A stretch of DNA of 15,369 bases from a virus (Duplodnaviria; Heunggongvirae; Uroviricota; Caudoviricetes): IMG/VR virus record IMGVR_UViG_2740892432_000001. One strand, 5' to 3'. Position numbers and translations under genes: made by a program. Below the pieces are notes generated by a model. It did not search any database. It saw only the letters and a program-made list of their open reading frames with translations, and was not told where the DNA came from. This document shows, piece by piece, positions 8,948 through 15,369 of the stretch. Within the stretch, counting starts at the first letter, position 1, and each line of letters starts with the position of its first letter.

Positions 8948-9124
8948 ATGGCCGGATTAACTAAAGAGCAAAGAGCACAGCGTGAAGCCGCACAAAAAAC
9001 GCAAATTGAGTTAGTGGTTATGGTGACCGATTATCAGATGTTTCCCGGCGCACCAACTATCGCTAATGTTCATCCTGATGAAGTTGACAACTGGAAGGCT
9101 ATGGGCTGGAAAACTCAGGAGTAA
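8948..9124 (+). CDS. Small hypothetical protein (58 aa) between the capsid and head-tail joining genes; below the ORF-track length cutoff
   Basis: Hand-translated as MAGLTKEQRAQREAAQKTQIELVVMVTDYQMFPGAPTIANVHPDEVDNWKAMGWKTQE, with a G-rich RBS (GGGGGG) upstream of ATG 8948. It fills an otherwise uncoded gap, and the next gene's RBS follows immediately. Confidence 0.4.
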   Translation: MAGLTKEQRAQREAAQKTQIELVVMVTDYQMFPGAPTIANVHPDEVDNWKAMGWKTQE

Positions 9125-9127
9125 CAC

Positions 9128-9523
9128 ATGATCACTTACGTGACCTGTGATGACGTTGATAATGCGTTTGGGAACGCCTGGACGAGTGAGAACGCTAAAA
9201 ATAAAGCTGTTTTAATGGCTAATGCCTGGCTTAATGGCTTCAACCTGAAAATTAACCCATCCCGTATTCCGGAAGAGGTAAAACTTGCGGGAGCATATGC
9301 AGCCAGAATTGCCTCATTCGGTAAGTTGTTTCAGCAGAAAAATGATTCTGGCGTTGTTATCAGTAAAGCCGTGTCGGCTGACGGGGTCAGTGTATCGAAA
9401 TCATTTTCTGAGTTGCCAGCAAACAGCACTGCATTGCTTGAACCCGATTTACAGCTTGCGATAGCACTGCTGAAACCGTACGGACTTAGTCGCTCACAAG
9501 TCAGGGTTGTGAGGGGGGGATAA
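9128..9523 (+). CDS. Putative head-tail connector / head completion protein
   Basis: 131-aa ORF with an AGGAG RBS 7 nt before ATG 9128. Size and position are typical of head-tail adaptor proteins. Family not verified. Confidence 0.45.
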   Translation: MITYVTCDDVDNAFGNAWTSENAKNKAVLMANAWLNGFNLKINPSRIPEEVKLAGAYAARIASFGKLFQQKNDSGVVISKAVSADGVSVSKSFSELPANSTALLEPDLQLAIALLKPYGLSRSQVRVVRGG

Positions 9524-9906
9524 TGGGGCTTCGTGAAGAGATTCAGTCAGAGGTTGCCGCTGCTTTTGATGAGGATTTAGCGGACGCCGTGAGTGATTTT
9601 TCTGGTTCTTACGTTACGCACCGGCACTGGGATCCTGTGACGGAAACTGGCGGCGAATCCACCGCAATCTATACCGGGCGAGGCGTGTTGACACGTTATA
9701 AGCTGGGCAGAATTGATGGGATTAATATTTTGCATGGTGACCTTAAATTAACCGCTCTGGTATGCGAGGTTACGGATAAACCAGCTGTCGACCATATTAT
9801 TGAGATTTATGATCCTGTATCAAGGCAGTTACAACGATACGAGGTAATTACAGCAAGTGTAGATCCTTCCGCATCAGTTTACTCTATCCAGTTAAGGAGA
9901 GCGTAA
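9523..9906 (+). CDS. Putative head closure / neck protein
   Basis: 127-aa ORF translationally coupled to the previous gene (TAATG overlap at 9521-9525) with a GGGGGGG RBS. Assigned by position in the head-tail joining cluster. Confidence 0.4.
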   Translation: MGLREEIQSEVAAAFDEDLADAVSDFSGSYVTHRHWDPVTETGGESTAIYTGRGVLTRYKLGRIDGINILHGDLKLTALVCEVTDKPAVDHIIEIYDPVSRQLQRYEVITASVDPSASVYSIQLRRA

Positions 9907-10287
9907 ATGGCAAAGGCATGGGATATAGAACCGTCAATATTTGCCGGGATGATTGAGGAAGATGTAGGGCTGAAGATTCGCTACATCGCTATTCAGATTC
10001 TTACTGCTATTGATATTGCTGCTCCGGTTGATACCGGACGTTTCAGAAATAACAACCTGGTGTCGTTACAGCATCCCGATTTTGGTATATCTGATAACGT
10101 GGATCCGAACGGTACGATTGCTGTTCAGCGTGGGATCGGGGTTATTTCGAAAGCTGCAAATTACGGGGTTATTTATATCCAAAATAACCTTCCTTATGCA
10201 GAGGCTCTTGAAAACGGTCATTCACAACAAGCGCCAACTGGCGTGTATGCCAACGCTTTTCATGGTGTTTTACAGGCTTACAAATGA
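9907..10287 (+). CDS. HK97 gp10-family protein (tail completion / head-tail joining)
   Basis: AAGGAG RBS and ATG immediately after the previous stop. Contains a PVDTGRFRNN motif resembling the DTGxLRxS signature of the HK97 gp10 family, recalled from memory. Confidence 0.55.
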   Translation: MAKAWDIEPSIFAGMIEEDVGLKIRYIAIQILTAIDIAAPVDTGRFRNNNLVSLQHPDFGISDNVDPNGTIAVQRGIGVISKAANYGVIYIQNNLPYAEALENGHSQQAPTGVYANAFHGVLQAYK

Positions 10288-10676
10288 AGTTTACTGAAAT
10301 CAGAAATACGGTTATTTCCAGAATGACGGCACAGACGATTATTGATGGAAAAGACGTATTGTATCCGAACGGGCCAACGTTCGATCCTTCCGGTAAGTTA
10401 ATCTGGGCGCGGTTAAGTAATATTCCCGGGCAGGCTGGAGTTAATGAAATTGGCGCGGGGCCGGTTGTTTATCGCACGGGGATAATCATTATTCAGTTAT
10501 TTGTCCCCGCAGGTTCTGGTTCAAAACTCATTACTGAGACAGCCGATAAATTGCGGGAACTGTTTGAGTTTCAGGATGACGATCGTCTCAGTTACCAGGC
10601 TGTTTCCTCAATAGCCGTCGGCGAAAAGAATGGCTGGTTCCAGCTTAATCTTCAAATTCCATATCACGCGCTCTAG
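10284..10676 (+). CDS. Putative tail terminator / tail completion protein
   Basis: 130-aa ORF coupled to the previous gene by an ATGA overlap at 10284-10287. Lies just upstream of the tail tube gene, the usual place for the tail terminator. Confidence 0.4.
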   Translation: MKFTEIRNTVISRMTAQTIIDGKDVLYPNGPTFDPSGKLIWARLSNIPGQAGVNEIGAGPVVYRTGIIIIQLFVPAGSGSKLITETADKLRELFEFQDDDRLSYQAVSSIAVGEKNGWFQLNLQIPYHAL

Positions 10677-10702
10677 CGCAATTAATGACATAGGAGGCTC
10701 CT

Positions 10703-11665
10703 GTGAGTTCAGGTGCAAAGGTTATCTCGGCATTTATCCGGGAGACAGTTGCAGGCACTACGCCAGCAAGTGGTGACTGGAGTTTATTAAAACGCACAAG
10801 CTGGGGAGTAAAACCCACCCAGAATAAAGGCGAAAATAATGAGATTGGTGGCTCCCGGATGGCTCAGGGGGCGACGCCTGGCACTGTGGATGTCGGCGGT
10901 GATGTTGGTACCAAATTTCGCTGGGGTCAACATGATGATTTTCTTGCATCCTGTTTCGGCGCGGAATGGTCAGGCGATTCTCTGACAATGGGGAATGAGC
11001 GAATAACATTTTCTCTGGCGACCTATGCGTCCGATGTCGGAATTGCCTCTGTCGTCAGAGGAGCGCAGGTTGGCTCATGGAAAATGCAGATCCCTAACGA
11101 CGGCGATATTACAGCGACCGTAACCTTTGCCGGGCTGGGCTGGGAATCAAAGGCCGATGATACGAATTTTATCAAAGGCGAACCTGTGGATAGTGCAGGA
11201 AAGTTACGCTATTCGTTTAAGGCGGTTTCAGCAGTAAGCCTGAATGGTGTTGCCGGAGGTAACGGTTTTTGTATCGACAGTTTTGATATTCAGTTCGATA
11301 ACAAACTCCAGACACAGCGTTGTATCGGGACTGGCTCGCCTTATGCAGGAGCAAATATTCCGACTACTTTTACACCGTCCGGTACGGTGACGCTTTCATG
11401 GTCTAAAGCCGCGTGGGAAATCTGGAGTAAAACACTGACTGGAGAAACAGTTCCGTTCAGCTTCACGCTTTCGAATGGAGAGGGGGCATACACTTTCAGT
11501 TTCCCGAAGGTTCAGGTGTCAGGTGAATGGCCTGATGGGGGTAATACTGACATTATCCAGGTTCAATTGAGCATTACCGCAGCAGATGAAGCACCTACGA
11601 TAACCAGAAAAAAATGCTCCCCGACTGCCGTGATCGCAAAAGCCAGTGCTGATGCGATTAGTTGA
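10703..11665 (+). CDS. Major tail tube protein
   Basis: GTG start 5 nt after a TAGGAGG RBS. 320 aa, G/T/S-rich and beta-rich, located between the head-tail joining genes and the G/GT chaperone pair. Confidence 0.6.
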   Translation: MSSGAKVISAFIRETVAGTTPASGDWSLLKRTSWGVKPTQNKGENNEIGGSRMAQGATPGTVDVGGDVGTKFRWGQHDDFLASCFGAEWSGDSLTMGNERITFSLATYASDVGIASVVRGAQVGSWKMQIPNDGDITATVTFAGLGWESKADDTNFIKGEPVDSAGKLRYSFKAVSAVSLNGVAGGNGFCIDSFDIQFDNKLQTQRCIGTGSPYAGANIPTTFTPSGTVTLSWSKAAWEIWSKTLTGETVPFSFTLSNGEGAYTFSFPKVQVSGEWPDGGNTDIIQVQLSITAADEAPTITRKKCSPTAVIAKASADAIS

Positions 11666-11677
11666 TTTTCCGTTATT

Positions 11678-11704
11678 CCCCCTGTGGTACTGCACTACAG
11701 GGGG
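11678..11704 (+). promoter_or_regulatory. Stable stem-loop without a U-tract downstream of the tail tube gene; possible transcript stabiliser or partial attenuator
   Basis: CCCCCTGT (11678-11685) pairs with ACAGGGGG (11697-11704) around an 11-nt loop. No T-run follows. Confidence 0.4.
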
Positions 11705-11713
11705 ACGCATTGA

Positions 11714-12175
11714 ATGAGGTTATGGATGTTTATTCTTAATCAGAAAATTATCATCGGTGGAGAACGCTGGTTTACGCCAATGAAGGACTTAAAACCTGTA
11801 GACGGGTTAAAACTGTTGGTGGCAAGCAGCGATAACGATCAGTATCGCTCCCGTAATGCATTAATCCGTCGTCACATTGAGAAAATGGATGCCAGTTTGC
11901 ACGTCGGAACGAAGGAGTTTGATATTTCAAAGGTTTCCGAGGTAGATTCTGTTGATGATTTACTCATTGATAATGCTGCTCGTTATCTGCTGAAAGACTG
12001 GAAAGGGGTTGGTGAACTGGTTAATGGTGCTGAGGTTGCACTGGAATATACGCCAGAACGAGGGATCGCGCTGCTTAAGCAGAATCCAGAGTTGTACTGG
12101 CAGATCCTTGCAGAAGCAGCCAGCATCGCCCAGGGTAAAGAGCAGCAGAAGCAGGATACGATAAAAAAGCCATAG
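11714..12175 (+). CDS. Tail assembly chaperone (lambda gpG-like)
   Basis: Acidic ~150-aa ORF between the tail tube and tape measure genes. It ends with the slippery heptamer A_AAA_AAG just before its stop, and an open -1 frame follows. The start is ambiguous (ATG 11714, 11726 or 11780). Confidence 0.6.
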   Translation: MRLWMFILNQKIIIGGERWFTPMKDLKPVDGLKLLVASSDNDQYRSRNALIRRHIEKMDASLHVGTKEFDISKVSEVDSVDDLLIDNAARYLLKDWKGVGELVNGAEVALEYTPERGIALLKQNPELYWQILAEAASIAQGKEQQKQDTIKKP

Positions 12176-12483
12176 CCGCCCAGCGGTGGTTATCGGAGTT
12201 CGGGGGAGAAAGGGGGGAAAAGGCAAGATGGAAGCGAGAAAAACTCAGGTTGCCACCGATACCGGAACCAGAAATAGACCCGGTGCTTAAGGAATTGTTG
12301 TACGCCTATTCGGTAATATCCCGTGCCCGACGTTATGCTGGAATGACCGGGGTGCCTTTGCCTTTATCTCTGACAGAGATAAATGAATATTTAGCCACTC
12401 ATCCGGTATTGATTGAGCGCGATGAGTTTGAAGCAGTGATCTTTGCACTGGATGACCAGTATTTTCAGGAGCAGTGTGTGTAG
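11714..12483 (+). CDS. Tail assembly chaperone -1 frameshift fusion product (lambda gpGT-like)
   Basis: The -1 frame is open from 12139 to the stop at 12483. Slipping at A_AAA_AAG (12163-12169) joins the gpG-like frame to it, giving ...IKK then AIAAQRWLSEFGGERGEKAR...FQEQCV. This is the conserved G/GT arrangement of long-tailed phages. Confidence 0.55.
12163..12169 (+). other. Programmed -1 ribosomal frameshift slippery site A_AAA_AAG
   Basis: The heptamer AAAAAAG is positioned in the zero frame as A AAA AAG (codons AAA 12164-12166, AAG 12167-12169), two codons before the chaperone stop (TAG 12173-12175). Confidence 0.6.
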
Positions 12484-12603
12484 TTGTTAATTACGTACAC
12501 TCTGTTACAGAGATGTGATGGTGTCTTTAATTAAATCGATGATGCTCCTGGAGAAAAGCATTGCGTGGCCTCGTAATCGCTATATCTACTATTATGTCGC
12601 CTG

Positions 12604-12630
12604 AAACCCACTTCGGTGGGCTTTTTGTTG
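12604..12630 (+). terminator. Rho-independent terminator-like hairpin between the chaperone and tape measure genes
   Basis: CCCAC-TTCG-GTGGG hairpin (12607-12620) followed by CTTTTTGTTG, then a GGAG RBS and the ATG at 12647. Likely a partial terminator lowering expression of the low-copy tape measure protein. Confidence 0.5.
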
Positions 12631-12646
12631 TCTGGAGTTTTAATAA

Positions 12647-14797
12647 ATGGCAGAGCAAACCTCGCGTCTCGCAATAATTATTGATAGCACTGGAGCAAAA
12701 AATAATGCTGACAATCTGACCTCCTCATTAGTCAAAATGACGCAGGCCGGGGAAACTGCTGCAAATAGCGCAGGGAAAGTGACTAAGGCAACAGAAGATG
12801 AGAAGAACGCGCTCGCAAAATTAAAAGCAGCTATTGATCCAGTTGGTGCCGCAATTGATACTGTCGGTCGACGCTATTCTGAATTAAAGAAATTTTTCGA
12901 TAAAGGGCTTATTGATAAAGAAGAATATGAATTTCTTGTCCGTAAACTTAATGAAACCACAGAGGAATTGAGCGGGGTTGCGCAAGCGCAGAGAGAAGCC
13001 GAGAAGGCCGGAAAACTTGCTGCCGCCCAGCAGGAAGCGCAGGCTCAGGCCTTTCAAAGAATGCTGGACAAGATCGACCCTCTGGCTGCGGCGCTAAGAA
13101 ATCTTGAACAACAGCAGGATGAACTTAATGCTGCGTTTGCATCCGGGAAAATAAATGGTTCTCAGTTTGAGAATTATAGCCGAAAAATGCAGGAAACACG
13201 GCGAGAGCTTACCGGAGAGGCTCAGGCAGAGCGAGAAGCAGCAAAAGCGCATGATGAACAGGTTGCTGCTTTGCAACGTCTGATTGCTCAACTTGACCCT
13301 GTCGGAACTGCTTTTAATCGTCTGGTAGAACAACAGAAACAGCTCAATGAAGCAAAAGCTAAGGGGATGCTCTCTCCTGAAATGTATGAGGAACTTTCTG
13401 GAAAACTTCGTGCTATGCGGAGTGAGCTTGAGGTTACTCAATCTCAATTAAGCAAAACCGGAATGTCGGCAAAACAAACGGCTTTTGCTATGCGCATGTT
13501 GCCTGCACAAATGACGGATATTGTTGTTGGGTTGTCCACTGGTCAGTCGCCTTTTATGGTGTTAATGCAGCAGGGCGGCCAGCTAAAAGATATGTTCGGT
13601 GGGATTGGCCCGGCGATCAAAGGTGTTGGTTCTTATGTGCTGGGATTAATTAATCCTTTTACCCTGGCCGCAGCAGCCGTTGGCGTCTTAGGGCTGGCTT
13701 ACTATAAAGGCTCTCAGGAGCAGGACGAATTTAATAAATCTCTTATTCTTACCGGAAATCAGTTGGGGACAACCAGCGGGCAATTGGCCGATATAGCTCA
13801 ACGTGCCGGGAATGCGGCTGATTCGACAACTGGCGCTGCGGCGGCAGTATTAAACCAGCTTGTGCGTTCGGGAAAGGTAGCGAGCAGTTCGCTGGAGCAA
13901 GTGACGACAGCGATAGTAAAAACGAGCGAAGTAACAGGAATATCAACCGAACAACTGGTTAATGACTTCAATGAAATTGCAAAGGATCCTGTCAGTGCCA
14001 TATCAAAACTTAATGATCAGTACCATTTTCTGACAATTGCGACTTATAACCAGATTAAGGCGCTACAGGATGAAGGGAACCAGCAGGAGGCCGCCCGCAT
14101 TGCGACAGAAGCATACTCATCCTCAATGATCCAGCGCACCAACCAGATTAAAGAAAATCTTGGTTATCTTGAGACTGCATGGAAAGCTGTCGCAGACTCC
14201 GCAAAATGGGCATGGGATTCCATGCTGGACATTGGCCGTGAGGCCTCCCTTGATCAAAAAATCTCAGATGTTCTCCGTCAAATTGATGAAATAGAAAAAA
14301 ATACCCAACCCGGAGTTTTCGGGTTAGGTGGCATTGGAGATGGCGGAGCTCAAAATAAAAGGCTGGCACGATTAAAGCAGCAATTGGGCGTACTTCAAGC
14401 AGAAAAAATTGGTGCGCATACCCATAGTTTAAGTGGCAGCACGAATGCAGCTGGTAATCACAGCCATAGAGATGGCCGTCGATTTAACCCCAGTGTTTTT
14501 AAAGATACTTATCAATATGGTTATACAAGCTCAGGTCAAAATACCTGGGGTGTACAAGGCTCAGTAGGTATGTCTACGGGGTGGTTAGCTAATACCAGTA
14601 CAGATGGTAATCATAGCCACTCACTGTCCGGCACAGCAGCATCTGCAGGTGCACACGCGCATACTGTCGGTATTGGTGCTCATACGCACTCCGTTGCGAT
14701 TGGTTCACATGGACACACCATCACCGTTAACGCTGCTGGTAACGCGGAAAACACCGTCAAAAACATCGCATTTAACTATATTGTGAGGCTTGCATAA
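12647..14797 (+). CDS. Chimeric protein: lambda gpH-like tail tape measure N-terminal region (about aa 1-585) fused in frame to a side-tail-fibre C-terminal HxH tip domain (about aa 586-716)
   Basis: The N-terminal part is coiled-coil rich and contains the gpH-family block [38 protein letters not shown]. From about nt 14400 the sequence switches to repeated GxHxHS motifs ([40 protein letters not shown]) and ends ...[18 protein letters not shown], matching the lambda Stf C-terminus as I recall it. Confidence 0.6.
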   Translation: MAEQTSRLAIIIDSTGAKNNADNLTSSLVKMTQAGETAANSAGKVTKATEDEKNALAKLKAAIDPVGAAIDTVGRRYSELKKFFDKGLIDKEEYEFLVRKLNETTEELSGVAQAQREAEKAGKLAAAQQEAQAQAFQRMLDKIDPLAAALRNLEQQQDELNAAFASGKINGSQFENYSRKMQETRRELTGEAQAEREAAKAHDEQVAALQRLIAQLDPVGTAFNRLVEQQKQLNEAKAKGMLSPEMYEELSGKLRAMRSELEVTQSQLSKTGMSAKQTAFAMRMLPAQMTDIVVGLSTGQSPFMVLMQQGGQLKDMFGGIGPAIKGVGSYVLGLINPFTLAAAAVGVLGLAYYKGSQEQDEFNKSLILTGNQLGTTSGQLADIAQRAGNAADSTTGAAAAVLNQLVRSGKVASSSLEQVTTAIVKTSEVTGISTEQLVNDFNEIAKDPVSAISKLNDQYHFLTIATYNQIKALQDEGNQQEAARIATEAYSSSMIQRTNQIKENLGYLETAWKAVADSAKWAWDSMLDIGREASLDQKISDVLRQIDEIEKNTQPGVFGLGGIGDGGAQNKRLARLKQQLGVLQAEKIGAHTHSLSGSTNAAGNHSHRDGRRFNPSVFKDTYQYGYTSSGQNTWGVQGSVGMSTGWLANTSTDGNHSHSLSGTAASAGAHAHTVGIGAHTHSVAIGSHGHTITVNAAGNAENTVKNIAFNYIVRLA

Positions 14798-15369
14798 TGG
14801 CATTCAGAATGAGTGAACAACCACGGACCATAACAATTTATAATCTGCTGGCCGGAACTAATGAATTTATTGGTGAAGGTGATGCATATATTCCGCCTCA
14901 TACAGGTCTGCCAGCAAACAGTACCGATACTGCACCGCCAGATATTCCGGCTGGCTTCGTGGCTGTTTTCAACAGTGATGAGTCATCGTGGCATCTCGTT
15001 GAAGATCATCGGGGTAAAACGGTTTATGACGTGGCTTCCGGCGACGCGTTATTTATTTCTGAACTCGGTCCGTTACCGGAAAATGTTACCTGGTTATCGC
15101 CGGAAGGGGAGTTTCAGAAGTGGAACGGCGCAGCCTGGGTGAAGGATACGGAAGCAGAAAAACTGTTCCGGATCCGGGAGGCGGAAGAAACAAAAAACAA
15201 CCTGATGCAGGTAGCCAGTGAGCATATTGCGCCGCTTCAGGATGCTGCAGATCTGGAAATTGCAACGGAGGAAGAAATCTCGTTGCTGGAAGCATGGAAA
15301 AAGTATCGGGTATTGCTGAACCGTGTTGATACGTCAACTGCACAGGATATTGAATGGCCAGCACTGCCG
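14797..15369 (+). CDS. tfa: Tail fibre assembly protein (lambda Tfa-like), 3'-partial at the window edge
   Basis: Not in the ORF track because no stop falls within the window. Hand translation from ATG 14797 (TAATG overlap with the upstream stop) is open for 191 codons to the window end: [39 protein letters not shown]... This is near-identical in pattern to the lambda Tfa N-terminus as recalled. Confidence 0.7.
   Translation, partial: MAFRMSEQPRTITIYNLLAGTNEFIGEGDAYIPPHTGLPANSTDTAPPDIPAGFVAVFNSDESSWHLVEDHRGKTVYDVASGDALFISELGPLPENVTWLSPEGEFQKWNGAAWVKDTEAEKLFRIREAEETKNNLMQVASEHIAPLQDAADLEIATEEEISLLEAWKKYRVLLNRVDTSTAQDIEWPALP

Noticed and set aside
12250-12483. 77-aa ORF treated by the track as an independent gene with a TTG start
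   Set aside because: Better explained as the -1 frameshift extension of the upstream chaperone gene. The frame is open back to 12139 and the slippery site sits at 12163-12169.
14400-14797. His-rich GxHxH repeat region as a possible separate metal-binding gene or simple tandem repeat
   Set aside because: It is in frame and continuous with the upstream ORF, has no internal start or RBS, and matches the tail-fibre tip repeat pattern. Interpreted as the C-terminal domain of the chimeric protein, not a separate gene.
14604-15364. Alternate-frame and minus-strand ORFs at the 3' end (14604..14786, 14861..15142, 15086..15364)
   Set aside because: They overlap the tape measure/Stf chimera or the Tfa reading frame, which is open across the whole interval and matches a known family.
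1-15369. Search for tRNA, integrase, attachment sites, CRISPR repeats or IS elements
   Set aside because: No cloverleaf-like segments, no regularly spaced direct repeats, no recombinase or transposase motifs, and no terminal inverted repeats were seen. The window appears to be internal to the late operon.

Overview
The window is a single + strand late (packaging and morphogenesis) operon of a tailed, lambdoid-type prophage or phage: two accessory genes (ParB-like nuclease-domain protein, GT-A-like glycosyltransferase), a small HTH protein, terminase small and large subunits, portal, Mu-F/SPP1-gp7-like minor head protein, scaffold, major capsid protein, four head-tail joining genes, tail tube, and a G/GT tail chaperone pair with a visible A_AAA_AAG -1 frameshift site. 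The most striking feature is the 716-aa 'tape measure' ORF: its first ~585 residues look like lambda gpH, but its last ~130 residues are a His-x-His tail-fibre tip ending as a side tail fibre does, and the next gene is a lambda-Tfa-like tail fibre assembly protein. No distal tail or tip genes lie between them, so this looks like an in-frame deletion and probably a tail-defective prophage. The second candidate is the ParB-like plus GT-A pair upstream of the terminase, a possible DNA- or virion-glycosylation or anti-defence module. All family assignments are from reading the translations and recalled motifs, not from a database search. No tRNA, rRNA, CRISPR array, integrase or IS element was seen, and the minus-strand ORFs all look like shadow ORFs.
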